From: a virus
Taxonomy: Duplodnaviria > Caudoviricetes
DNA length: 64,000 bases
Strand: one strand, 5' to 3'
Virus record (IMG/VR): IMGVR_UViG_3300009671_000009
Coordinates: 96,001-160,000 of that record
Shown: one piece after another, positions 26,005 to 35,379 of the stretch
Numbering within the stretch: position 1 is the first letter of the stretch
How the letters are laid out: each line of letters starts with the position of its first letter
Made by a program: the position numbers and the translations under genes
The notes under the pieces: model-generated
Told to the model about the DNA's origin: nothing
The model's database searches: none
What the model saw: only the letters and a program-made list of their open reading frames with translations

Positions 26005-26782
26005 TCAACAATCCAAGCTGCCTTGCTTTAATCATTACCTTCTCTACAGCAGCTCGTCGTTTCAGCCATATCGAATTTCTATGAAAGCCTAGCTTGTTAG
26101 CAATTTCTGTTTCGGTCATGTTGTCAAGATAATATAGTTTAAGTATTAACCTTTCGAGAGGAAGAAGATCTTCAAACGGATCGCCACAAGTGAGCCCATA
26201 AATCCAACTATTGCTGAGTTCTTCTGTGTTGTTAGACGCTAATTTTTCATCAAGATTAACTACGTTACATGATGATTTTGCTACCGTCTTAAATAGTTCA
26301 TCATCAAAATCTCCGATGACTGCAGTGCTTATAGGGTTTTGTAATACTTTCTTAACAAGTCTTGATACTTCGTAAGGAAACGAAGCCGCAATATATGCGC
26401 AAAATCCTTTGTCTACTTTGTACTTATGTACAGACTTTAGAAATATAACAATAAAGTCATGATATAGATCTTCTTCAAATATTTGATTATGTGCACTGTT
26501 AATTATGTATAATGCCTTATATGCAACTTCTCTGGTTTTCTTTGATTGGAAATGTCTTTTGAGACCCGCTCTGACTTTTTGGTCAGCAATGAACAAACTT
26601 ATAAAATGACGGGATTCATAGTCACTGAAATCAAGCACTCCCTTTTTGATGATCTTGATGTATTTGTTGAACAACGGAGCAAACATTTCTATGAGCTGGT
26701 TGCCTGCTTCTTCACATTCTCCGCCCTGATATCGCTTCACTAGGTTTTCAATTTGTTCATAGCGCTCTTCTGAAAAGATCAT
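25979..26782 (-). CDS. sigma-70-family RNA polymerase sigma factor
   Basis: Region-2-like EDLYHD...FCAYI. Region-4 HTH ERLILKLYYLDNMTETEIANKLG. Confidence 0.75.
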   Translation of the reverse strand: MIFSEERYEQIENLVKRYQGGECEEAGNQLIEMFAPLFNKYIKIIKKGVLDFSDYESRHFISLFIADQKVRAGLKRHFQSKKTREVAYKALYIINSAHNQIFEEDLYHDFIVIFLKSVHKYKVDKGFCAYIAASFPYEVSRLVKKVLQNPISTAVIGDFDDELFKTVAKSSCNVVNLDEKLASNNTEELSNSWIYGLTCGDPFEDLLPLERLILKLYYLDNMTETEIANKLGFHRNSIWLKRRAAVEKVMIKARQLGLLSEANEQKS

Positions 26783-27078
26783 GACTCGTCATCCTCTTCG
26801 TCGTCTTCGTCGATAAACTCTTCATCATCTTCCAGTAACTGTAAACCCTCAAGTAAACCTTCGATATCCAACTCTTCATCGTCGTCACAAATCTCGTCTT
26901 CTACAACAAACCCAAGATTCTTTTCTCTAAATCTATTTCTGTCGTTTTCTGTATTGCTCACATAGACCGAATATAAGGTGCCCACTACTTTTTCAAGGAG
27001 TTGTTCATCTACTAGCCTCTTTAGGTCTTCGACGCTATCTACCCTGAAACCTACGTTATGAATATGGAACTCAATCAT
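26779..27078 (-). CDS. highly acidic small protein
   Basis: C-terminal half dominated by D/E. ATGA coupling on both sides. Confidence 0.65.
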   Translation of the reverse strand: MIEFHIHNVGFRVDSVEDLKRLVDEQLLEKVVGTLYSVYVSNTENDRNRFREKNLGFVVEDEICDDDEELDIEGLLEGLQLLEDDEEFIDEDDEEDDES

Positions 27079-27569
27079 GATGCTTCCTCCTCTTGAAAGA
27101 AGAAGGCTAAGCCTATAGATATTGCATCCGACACATCTTCTGGAAGATCGCCCTCCAGATTGAGTCTTTCTTTTATGGCTGCTTTAACTTCTGACTTAGA
27201 TGCGTTGCCCTTTTTTGCTTTCTTCTTTGCCGTCTTATTGTTGATAACAATTAGTTCCTTTTTCCTCTGTTCGGCAAGAAGCATAATAACGCCCCGTGCC
27301 CAAGACAAAGCCTTGATTGTATTTACATTAGATCCCAAAAACTGATCCTCAACTGCAACAGCATCAACTTCATTTGCCTCCATAATATCTATTAGCGCAT
27401 CGTATAGATCCTTGAGGCGACGCGATGTTGGTCTTGAAGCAGGAGAATGGATAAGGCCACGCGACAAAACTTTAAGATCGCGTGTTACTACTGCGAAACC
27501 TGTGTTTACGGTTGCTGCATCTAGCGCAAGTATAGTGTTTATGATTTTAGGCAATCTCTTCTTCGGCAT
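27075..27569 (-). CDS. ruvC: RuvC-like Holliday junction resolvase
   Basis: LALDAATVNTGFA, AVEDQF, GNASKSEV and DVSDAISIG. Confidence 0.85.
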   Translation of the reverse strand: MPKKRLPKIINTILALDAATVNTGFAVVTRDLKVLSRGLIHSPASRPTSRRLKDLYDALIDIMEANEVDAVAVEDQFLGSNVNTIKALSWARGVIMLLAEQRKKELIVINNKTAKKKAKKGNASKSEVKAAIKERLNLEGDLPEDVSDAISIGLAFFFQEEEAS

Positions 27570-28122
27570 TGTAAGTCCATCCTTTGTACGATTTGTATTT
27601 GCCAGAAATAAGCCGATACAGACAGCCTCTGTCTATTTTGTTTTCTCTACAAAACCTAGCAATGTTTGTAATTACAATAGGATCGCCACTAGGATCTCGA
27701 AATCCGTGATAACTACTCCAGTGCGTAGCCTTACCTTTATGAGATTCCGACAATCTTTGTTTAGTTAGCTCAGAGAGTGGCGGATATTTCCTGCCCTTCG
27801 GACTTGGTGGTTTTGCAGCTACAGGATTAATGTTATAACCTCGGGTTAGATTACAACAATCTAGCATATCGATCCACCACTGCTCTCTCGTCAAAAGTAC
27901 GCTCTCATTACATACAACTTCAAGTATACTGAATACAAACGCAGCTGGATTTTTGTTCCAGCTACGTTGTAAATGTAGAGAATGGTGCTTTCCAGTATTT
28001 AGATCAGACCGATGATTTTTCCACCGATGCCTGATGTCTGAAGCACTTCCAATATAAACTTTGCCGTTAAGAGTATTTTCAATACAATATATTCCTGATA
28101 CCTTACTCTTCTTCCTTGTCAT
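27547..28122 (-). mobile_element. free-standing GIY-YIG homing endonuclease
   Basis: SGIYCIEN..NGKVYIGSA..RW..H, REQWW, GYNI and a NUMOD3-like LSELTKQRLSESHKGK. Confidence 0.88.
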
Positions 28123-28216
28123 CTTTGCCGTCTCCAGGTGTTTCTTCTTGAACTTCTGGTTTGTTGTTATCTTCTACAACCTGAAACTCAGCGCCGATGT
28201 CTTCGATAATTTTCAT
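28103..28216 (-). CDS. 37-aa acidic ORF (not in ORF track)
   Basis: MKIIEDIGAEFQVVEDNNKPEVQEETPGDGKDDKEEE fills the gap between flanking genes. Confidence 0.4.
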   Translation of the reverse strand: MKIIEDIGAEFQVVEDNNKPEVQEETPGDGKDDKEEE

Positions 28217-28221
28217 TATCT

Positions 28222-28542
28222 TCATTTGGGTGCCTCCCCACTATTGTTTGTTGACTGGACTATGTGTTTCTGCATCAACATTTTGATGTACTCACTGACA
28301 TAAGTAAGCAATCCGTGAGCAGCTATAAGATCTCCTTGGAGATTAACCATTGGGCCATTGTTGGTAATGGCAGCTTCAATGATACAGATAGCATTAATTT
28401 GTTGTTCCGCTGGCACTTCTTCAACTTTCTCTGCTTCGATATCGATTACATCAGAATCAGAAGCTTCTTCTTTTTGTTTTAATAAAGCGCCTCTTAGTGC
28501 ATCAAGTTCTTCTAGGGTTTTGTCGATTGATTTTTTCTCCAT
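28222..28542 (-). CDS. hypothetical protein
   Basis: AAGGAG RBS before ATG 28542. Confidence 0.6.
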   Translation of the reverse strand: MEKKSIDKTLEELDALRGALLKQKEEASDSDVIDIEAEKVEEVPAEQQINAICIIEAAITNNGPMVNLQGDLIAAHGLLTYVSEYIKMLMQKHIVQSTNNSGEAPK

Positions 28543-28552
28543 TGTCTTCTCC

Positions 28553-29296
28553 TTATTTCCATACAGTACAATAATTTTTGTAATAACATGAGTTACAAAG
28601 GTAACTCTCTTTTGGATAAAACAGTCCACGGGAAATAGACTTTACAACCTGATCCACTGTAGTGGCCATTCTATCATAGTGCTCTGGCAATCTGTGAGTC
28701 ACGAAAATACGATTGCTTCTTAAGTAGTGAGCAGCAATTCTCTGCTCCTTTGCTCCGAACAATGTTCGGAAAGCATATGAGGTCAATGACAGGTTCAGGT
28801 CATAATCGACGTTCCATTGCGTAGGCAACTGGCTTCCTGTCTTGTAGTTGACAATTTCTATTACTCTTCGTGGCCCATCTTGTAACTCTCTAACTAATTC
28901 GATAATACCAGAAACTTCGTGGTCTCCGATATTAACTACAAACTCCTGTTCAATGGCAAGCGGCATTCCTGGGGCAGTGCAACTGGATTTATAGAAGTTA
29001 TCTACCATCGGTAATGCTTTGTGTCCTGCCTCTGCTCTATCGTTTTTTGGAGTGAGTATGTACTCCATAGGATCCATTTCACCATACCACAAGCTGTTCC
29101 ATTTTTTCTTAATGGAATCAAGATGAGGAATATCTTTATTCATAATCCGATAGTAGAAGTAGTAGATCAGTCGATGTATTTTGTCATTTAGCTCTTGGTT
29201 GACACCTGCATCTTCAGGAATACCATCAGTGTATTTGAACTGATAGTAGAGAGGACATTTGCGATAGCTGTGTATCTCCGCAACACTTATCTTCAC
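28553..29296 (-). CDS. RecB/AddB-type PD-(D/E)xK nuclease-like protein
   Basis: YRKCPL, IEQEF, SGIIE...VNYKTG and CNSCYYKNYC. The catalytic Asp positions look substituted. Confidence 0.7.
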   Translation of the reverse strand: MKISVAEIHSYRKCPLYYQFKYTDGIPEDAGVNQELNDKIHRLIYYFYYRIMNKDIPHLDSIKKKWNSLWYGEMDPMEYILTPKNDRAEAGHKALPMVDNFYKSSCTAPGMPLAIEQEFVVNIGDHEVSGIIELVRELQDGPRRVIEIVNYKTGSQLPTQWNVDYDLNLSLTSYAFRTLFGAKEQRIAAHYLRSNRIFVTHRLPEHYDRMATTVDQVVKSISRGLFYPKESYLCNSCYYKNYCTVWK

Positions 29297-29327
29297 TGTT
29301 TATTTCACCTATAAATATTATATGCTA

Positions 29328-29876
29328 TTACACTATTGCAATTGGATTAAAAACAATTATCCGTTTTTTGATAGTGTCATTGATAAATTCCTGATTGAAA
29401 TCGCCGTATGCATATTCTACTGCAGTGTTTCTAGGATGAATATTTGTATTTTGTCGATCTGTGTCGTAAGCCCAAACTAATAGCTGTGCGCTATGATGAC
29501 AAGCGTTATGTAGATCTGTATAATGACTATCGCTTGCAAAATTGAAATGTATATACCTTTGTTCAGGCGAAATACAGTCAAGGATGTTCTGGGTTCCCTG
29601 AATTACAGTAGATATTAAACGGTCTTTGTCATATGTATCGATACAGTTGATAATGTGGGTAGCGTCAGCTACTGCTAGCTCGACAAAGTAAATGTCTTCG
29701 ACGCTACCCAAGTAGAAGTTGAAGCGGGAATTGCTATGAAGATACCTAAGTTTTTCCATAGAGCCTGTAGACAGATTGTCTATAGCTGTGACGTGCGCAT
29801 CTGGGAATTCATCTAGTATGAACTTAGATACTTCGCTGCCAACATTGCCAGCTCCACCAAATATAGCTACCTTCAT
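29328..29876 (-). CDS. short/degenerate NAD-dependent epimerase-dehydratase-like protein
   Basis: GGAGNVG and IDNLSTG are present. No clear YxxxK. Only 182 aa. Confidence 0.6.
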   Translation of the reverse strand: MKVAIFGGAGNVGSEVSKFILDEFPDAHVTAIDNLSTGSMEKLRYLHSNSRFNFYLGSVEDIYFVELAVADATHIINCIDTYDKDRLISTVIQGTQNILDCISPEQRYIHFNFASDSHYTDLHNACHHSAQLLVWAYDTDRQNTNIHPRNTAVEYAYGDFNQEFINDTIKKRIIVFNPIAIV

Positions 29877-29889
29877 AGCTTACTCCTCC

Positions 29890-30225
29890 TTAGCCTTCTA
29901 CGGTCGCAATAATATCCTTTTCATGTAGCACAAGATACTTAGTGCCATCTATTGTGATATCAAAACCTGCATACCTTGGGAACACTACTGTTTTTCCTAC
30001 CGAGATCTCTGGGTTTACTGGCCGTTTAACGAATGTCCTGACAACATTATCGCCCTCAAGTTTATACCTTTCAGTATAGACACCGTCACCGACCCCTACT
30101 ACTTTACCAAAGATACCAGTTAATTGCTGCTTTTTTCTAAACTCTTCTGGAATATAGAATGATCCGATTTTTTCCTCTGCTTCTTGAACCTCAACAATAA
30201 CCTGCGCACCTTTAAGTTGAATCAT
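29890..30225 (-). CDS. groES: GroES-like co-chaperonin
   Basis: GKVVGVGDG, VGKTVVFPRYAG and YLVLHEKDIIA. Confidence 0.88.
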   Translation of the reverse strand: MIQLKGAQVIVEVQEAEEKIGSFYIPEEFRKKQQLTGIFGKVVGVGDGVYTERYKLEGDNVVRTFVKRPVNPEISVGKTVVFPRYAGFDITIDGTKYLVLHEKDIIATVEG

Positions 30226-30539
30226 TACTGTTTGCCCTCCACACGTTGTTTTCTCTCTAGTTCTTCTAGTGCTTTTCGTTGAGCCTCAGCACGTGCAGCT
30301 GCCTCTTTGCTAGCTTGCTCTGCAAGCTCAATATTCTTGGTTCTGCGACATCCAGTATGCTCGCGGCGTTCTCTGTCTCCAGGCATTGTATCGTCGTTAT
30401 TGGCAGTTGATAGATCAAGAATCTCTTTGCCGCAAATCTTACAATATACTGGAATGCTCTCTTGTTTCATGAACTGATCAATCATTATCCGTTCATGTTC
30501 TGTGTAGTTGGTTTTTGGGTTATTAAAATTTCGTGCCAT
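30225..30539 (-). CDS. hypothetical protein (CxxC...HxxC)
   Basis: 104-aa ORF in a coupled operon. Confidence 0.6.
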   Translation of the reverse strand: MARNFNNPKTNYTEHERIMIDQFMKQESIPVYCKICGKEILDLSTANNDDTMPGDRERREHTGCRRTKNIELAEQASKEAAARAEAQRKALEELERKQRVEGKQ

Positions 30540-30700
30540 TTGTTTAATTGCTCCTCACTTGGTCTTGTATAGTGCCACCAATAGTCATAGACATCGGTGA
30601 TATTGTTGCCATAGAACAGCTTAACCATATGCGCCTTCCATGGCGTAAGTCCATTATTTTTCTTGTGGATCTCTGGTTTGTCCTCTACTGGCGTTCTCAT
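30485..30700 (-). CDS. hypothetical protein
   Basis: 71-aa ORF overlapping both neighbours. Confidence 0.45.
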   Translation of the reverse strand: MRTPVEDKPEIHKKNNGLTPWKAHMVKLFYGNNITDVYDYWWHYTRPSEEQLNKWHEILITQKPTTQNMNG

Positions 30701-30932
30701 GGAAAAGCTCCTTTAGTTGTTGTTTAATATCGTCGGGAAGTTTCATTTCAAAGTTTTCACGACGGATCATTAAGGCAATGTCTGATTCTTTATGCGTGCA
30801 TTTATCTACGCTGTAGATACACCTTAGACAACGCTGATAACGATGAGGCGCAGCAGCACGACATTTGTTGCATAACGGACACTGCTCAAGCCATTCGCAC
30901 TCAAATTCAATTATCGGCATCGGCTTCAGCAC
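30654..30932 (-). CDS. Cys-rich hypothetical protein
   Basis: CPLCNKC...CLRC...CTH. Confidence 0.6.
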   Translation of the reverse strand: MLKPMPIIEFECEWLEQCPLCNKCRAAAPHRYQRCLRCIYSVDKCTHKESDIALMIRRENFEMKLPDDIKQQLKELFHENASRGQTRDPQEK

Positions 30933-31188
30933 TTTCTAATACTATTTCTTCATTGTTATTGAAATCTTCGGCTCTAACTAACTCTGCAGTAGCCTTGCTT
31001 CTTTCTTCCGCTTTACTATCGGCATATTTTACAAATCCATTGGCGATAAGCTTTGCTTTAATCCATGCGATTTTCCGCCGATTGTGACGTGACAATGCGG
31101 ACCTTTCGTGAGAAAACTCGTCTTCCATTAGCTCGCGAAATACTTGATGAGCCATAGCCCTCTTTGTTGCTCTACTTACTGTACTCAA
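30907..31188 (-). CDS. hypothetical protein
   Basis: AGGAGG RBS with TTG start. Confidence 0.6.
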   Translation of the reverse strand: MSTVSRATKRAMAHQVFRELMEDEFSHERSALSRHNRRKIAWIKAKLIANGFVKYADSKAEERSKATAELVRAEDFNNNEEIVLESAEADADN

Positions 31189-31220
31189 TATGTATCCTCC
31201 TACACCTTAATTAGTTGCTT

Positions 31221-32495
31221 TTACAACAATTGTGCTGCCAAACCTGAGAGTCTTGATCGCTCTGCTTTCTTTAGTGTTACATGAGCGAATTCTTTTTGGC
31301 CTTTAAACCTCTCAACTGTATAAACGAGACCATTGTTTTGACTGTCCAAGTACGGATGGTCAATTTGATGGGGATCACCAATTAATATAACTTTTGTTCC
31401 TTCCCCTGCTCTAGATATCAGAGTTTTAACTTCATTCGGAGTAAGATTTTGCACTTCATCTACTATAATAAATAATTGCGGCAAACTTCTTCCTCTGATG
31501 TAAGTTAACGATGAAAGCTCGACTTGCTTTTTCTCAATGAGTTCCTGCAGGGCATCTTCTGAGCCAAGCATATACTCGAAAGCGTCATAGGCGCTTCCCA
31601 TCCATGGAGCTAGCTTCTCGTCTAGTTCTCCAGGCAGTGCCCCCATGTCTTTGCCGATTGGCACGATAGATTTGTAGTAAATCACTTTGTTGTATACATT
31701 GTTGTCTACTGCTTGAGCACCGCCAGCTGCCAAAGCCAAAAGTGTCTTACCTGTTCCTGCGCTTCCTATTCCTGTAACCAACTGAATCTTTGGGTCAAGC
31801 AATGCTTCCATGAAGAAGATTTGCTCGAGATTTCTTGGGCTAACATCCCACGGTTTATAATCTGTATATTGCAATGCTATAAAGTTTCCATTGCAATATT
31901 TGGCAAGCGCAGTATGTTTTTTGTTACATTCATCCTTTAAGACTATGAATTCATTCTCATAGAACTCCTCATCTTCAAGACAAGGTAGTTTCTTATCTTG
32001 ATAGAAGAGGTCTACAGCCATGCCAGGTACAAGAACTTCTTTTACTCCTGAGTAGATATCTTCTACTTCTACTTCAATTCTGTCCTGGTCAAAAGCTTCT
32101 GAGGGGATCCCAAAAGCCCTAGCTTTAACTCTGCAGGCTCCATCATTACTGATGAGCTTAACATCTTCACCCTCGTACATCAGATGATAGCACACGGCAA
32201 TAATTTGGTTATCAACTTTATTACCATCTAATTTTAGTATATGCGCCGAATCAGGTGTGCGAGATTCAATTCTGACTCTAACTCCGCCTTTGAGTTTCAT
32301 TTCGCCAGACTCTTGGAGCTTGTCTATTGTCTTAATGGCTTTTCTTGCATTTCTACCAGCGTCATCTTGCCTCTTCTTTTGGTTATCTAATTCTTCAATA
32401 ACACAAATAGGAATAACAATATCACATCTCTTGAACGCGCTTAGCGCGTTGGGGCTGTGTAGAAAGACATTGGTGTCAAGAACGACAGTTGCCAC
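31221..32495 (-). CDS. phoH: PIN-PhoH (PhoH2/YlaK-like) protein
   Basis: PIN VLDTNVF...EELD, Walker A GSAGTGKT, YIRGRSL, DEVQN and GDPHQID. Confidence 0.92.
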   Translation of the reverse strand: MATVVLDTNVFLHSPNALSAFKRCDIVIPICVIEELDNQKKRQDDAGRNARKAIKTIDKLQESGEMKLKGGVRVRIESRTPDSAHILKLDGNKVDNQIIAVCYHLMYEGEDVKLISNDGACRVKARAFGIPSEAFDQDRIEVEVEDIYSGVKEVLVPGMAVDLFYQDKKLPCLEDEEFYENEFIVLKDECNKKHTALAKYCNGNFIALQYTDYKPWDVSPRNLEQIFFMEALLDPKIQLVTGIGSAGTGKTLLALAAGGAQAVDNNVYNKVIYYKSIVPIGKDMGALPGELDEKLAPWMGSAYDAFEYMLGSEDALQELIEKKQVELSSLTYIRGRSLPQLFIIVDEVQNLTPNEVKTLISRAGEGTKVILIGDPHQIDHPYLDSQNNGLVYTVERFKGQKEFAHVTLKKAERSRLSGLAAQLL

Positions 32496-32514
32496 ATATA
32501 TTCCCCCTGAGTAT

Positions 32515-34587
32515 TTAGTTTTGCATTTTTCCGTTGTAAAACTTAGCTCCTTCAGTACCTACTGGGTCGATATAAGAATATCCTGGATACATGTGATAGA
32601 ACATTCTTCCGTGATGCTCTCCAAGCTTATTCTTAGCTACGTGCACTTCTAGAACTGGTTGTTTCCCGTCTTTTCCTAGTATCTGGTGATATACGTCAGC
32701 TCGTTCCCCTTTCACTTGAACTTCGTTATAACACAGCATGACAGCAGAAGCATCATACTGTAATTCAATGGTATCCTTGAGATCGTCCAGTATCGGACGG
32801 CGGACGCCATTTAATTTCTTTAGTTCTCCAGTACAGAAGACTGGAACTAAATCTGTTTCACAAAACTCATCTAGCTTTTCGGATACTATCTGAAGATTAA
32901 GCTGAGGGTCTTTTGCTTTTTCTTCTGTTCTGACATCATAAAGATTATCTATAAATATTGCTAGTTGTTTTGGAGGCTCCCCAGTTTCTTGGGATATAGC
33001 CTCAAACTTAGCTTTGTGAGCCCTAGCAACTTGTATCATATATTCGGCACTATAGCCAAATTTTTTATCCAATAACTTAAATCGGTTAACGGTTCTCCTT
33101 AATGCTGTAAGTCCTTTGTCGCGCTTCTCCATTAGGATTGGATTATCTGCATACTTAGCTGGAATCTTTGCCACATTAATCGGTATGCGCTGGTCAATCG
33201 CCATAAGTCTGGGTAGAATCGCGACATCAGGATCGTCTATGGCAAAGTATATTACATACGCGTTCTCGTTGTTTTGAATAACATTCCAAGCGAGTTGTAA
33301 AGCAAGCATGGATTTGCCGATATTAGGTTGCCCAGCAAGAACATAAAGAGCTGGCTGTAGTCCATTAAAAGCTTCATCAAATTCCTTATCTCCAAAACTA
33401 AGACCTCCAAGTGCCCCACGACTCCAATTGTACTCTTCTACTTTATCAATGATTGCCATCATTTCTTGTTCATAATCGTAGCATTCACGACCAAGCAATA
33501 GTTTGGATGCACTTTGAATCTGTTCAATATTTTCTGGTGTTACAAGTTTAAGACACGGCGTAGCCGATTGCATCTGTTCTCTCCTTGCCAATTCACATTT
33601 AGTTGGTTCGCATGTTGCTAAATCTTTAATGGTCTGACAACCGTAACTATACTTGTTATCAAAAACCTGTTTGACTGTTCGTTCGATTTCATTCTCTGGA
33701 AGAGGATTTTCTAACACTTGCGCGTTCCAGTTTAGAATACTGTCCAATACCTCTTCGTAACTAAATCCTTTTTGTCTGTAATGACTTGCTAATACAATCG
33801 CCGTATCATTTCTTTTACCCTTGCCTGCCCCGTAGTATAGAATCCATTCGATGCAAGGAGGAGTAGATTCTAACCTAATTATCTTTCCGCTGCGCTCTCT
33901 AATTCTATTTTTAGAAGATTCATACTTTGTTATATAGTTTCTAAAAATGGATGCCGCTTGTTCAATCCTGATAGGGCTTTCTTTGGTTGTTAATTTTCTA
34001 TGACTTGTAGCAAGATCCAGAATGGCTTCATATTCAAGATTCTTTAACTCTTCATATGTCAGTGGAATCTTATAAAGACCAGTCTTCTGATGAACACTAT
34101 TAACAAGCCTGAATAATCTTACCTTGTCATATATTACTGTATCAAGGGTGTTATTGGCTAATGCTGCATTAACATCTGTGGCTATAAGTTTATAAATTTC
34201 GTTGAGATTTTCGGATGGCTCTGCTCCCAAACACTCCGCAGGGACAGTGATATGTACACCTTTATGTCCTGAGAAGTAAATGTTGGGAATATTGTAATCA
34301 ATTCCGAAAACTGTTTTGATATAACTTAATGCGGTTAAGGCGTCTTTCCTTACAGCTTCGAAATCATCTTCTTTGTCAAAATCGAAGTAAAGGTCAGAGT
34401 ATGCTTTACTATCTCTGATTTTTTCACTGTCGTATCGATATGCTGTTATGTATACGCCTGTATTGTTGTATCGCTTACGAAAGTCATCTACCTTATTAAT
34501 AGGAATAATTATGTTTCTTCGAAACAAATTATCGGGTAGATTGACTCCTGCTTCTACAAAATTAAATTCAGCTAGGTTCGCTGACAC
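32515..34587 (-). CDS. fused AEP-type primase, PriCT-like domain and DnaB-like helicase
   Basis: YFDFD, FSGHKGVH and RLFRL (AEP). GKRND...WN...PL..NE (PriCT). GQPNIGKS, IFIDNL, IELQYDA and AKNK (SF4 helicase). Confidence 0.85.
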   Translation of the reverse strand: MSANLAEFNFVEAGVNLPDNLFRRNIIIPINKVDDFRKRYNNTGVYITAYRYDSEKIRDSKAYSDLYFDFDKEDDFEAVRKDALTALSYIKTVFGIDYNIPNIYFSGHKGVHITVPAECLGAEPSENLNEIYKLIATDVNAALANNTLDTVIYDKVRLFRLVNSVHQKTGLYKIPLTYEELKNLEYEAILDLATSHRKLTTKESPIRIEQAASIFRNYITKYESSKNRIRERSGKIIRLESTPPCIEWILYYGAGKGKRNDTAIVLASHYRQKGFSYEEVLDSILNWNAQVLENPLPENEIERTVKQVFDNKYSYGCQTIKDLATCEPTKCELARREQMQSATPCLKLVTPENIEQIQSASKLLLGRECYDYEQEMMAIIDKVEEYNWSRGALGGLSFGDKEFDEAFNGLQPALYVLAGQPNIGKSMLALQLAWNVIQNNENAYVIYFAIDDPDVAILPRLMAIDQRIPINVAKIPAKYADNPILMEKRDKGLTALRRTVNRFKLLDKKFGYSAEYMIQVARAHKAKFEAISQETGEPPKQLAIFIDNLYDVRTEEKAKDPQLNLQIVSEKLDEFCETDLVPVFCTGELKKLNGVRRPILDDLKDTIELQYDASAVMLCYNEVQVKGERADVYHQILGKDGKQPVLEVHVAKNKLGEHHGRMFYHMYPGYSYIDPVGTEGAKFYNGKMQN

Positions 34588-35005
34588 CTCGTATGCCCTC
34601 CCCTTCCTCTCTAGCCTTCTTTGTTTCTAGCGTTTCCTGGCCATAGGGCAAATAACGTTGGATATCAAATGGTACACTGGGAGGCATTATGTTTTCAATC
34701 TGCATAAGATCTCTATGATAATCTATTGTGAATAGCACACTATCCAACCCATAACGATTAACCATATAAGAAAGAGCGTTGGTAAAACGTTTTACGTCAT
34801 CTGGGTGCGACATCTTAACGTTGAACGCTTCTTCGTAATACCTAAGAAGATCTTTATCTGTGAAGGATTCCCTAATGCTGATAGAGAACGATGGAGCTCT
34901 CAGCCAAACTACTGTTCCGTCATCTGCTATGTAAGACACAGGAGGCGGCGGAAGAATGCGCAGCGCATTGTGATAGTAAAATTTACCTCGTTCTATCAGT
35001 TCCAC
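34568..35005 (-). CDS. hypothetical protein
   Basis: 145-aa ORF coupled to the primase-helicase. Confidence 0.6.
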   Translation of the reverse strand: MELIERGKFYYHNALRILPPPPVSYIADDGTVVWLRAPSFSISIRESFTDKDLLRYYEEAFNVKMSHPDDVKRFTNALSYMVNRYGLDSVLFTIDYHRDLMQIENIMPPSVPFDIQRYLPYGQETLETKKAREEGEGIRGVSEPS

Positions 35006-35295
35006 TATTCAAGACCCGCCTCCGTTAACATCGTTTGAATGAATTCGTCTAGGCCTTCTTCACCGTATTCTTCTACAAGTTTAGTTCTTAGATATCGTGT
35101 AAATGCTTTGATATTATCTTGGGTTATTGACTTGTGACTTTTCCATACTCCATGTGACCATGCGTCTACATATGAGTCGCAATCGCTTGGGGTAAGCCCC
35201 GCCCACAGCCGCAACGCTTTTAGAGTTAGACCGTCTTTTCTATTCCATGCAGATTGGGCCAACACATTATGGGTTGCTGGGACATTTGCTTCCAT
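35005..35295 (-). CDS. hypothetical protein, possible HTH
   Basis: AAGGAGG RBS. LTLKALRLWAGLT resembles the first helices of an XRE domain. Confidence 0.55.
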   Translation of the reverse strand: MEANVPATHNVLAQSAWNRKDGLTLKALRLWAGLTPSDCDSYVDAWSHGVWKSHKSITQDNIKAFTRYLRTKLVEEYGEEGLDEFIQTMLTEAGLE

Positions 35296-35324
35296 TATAG
35301 AACCTCCTTGCCTCTGATGGGTAT

Positions 35325-35353
35325 ATTATACCATCCCAGAGACAAAAAGGCAA
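35325..35353 (-). promoter_or_regulatory. SigA-type promoter driving the replication operon
   Basis: Minus strand TTGCCT-17 bp-TATAAT with extended -10. Confidence 0.7.
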
Positions 35354-35379
35354 TACCCCTGTGCCCATTTTTTAAAAAA

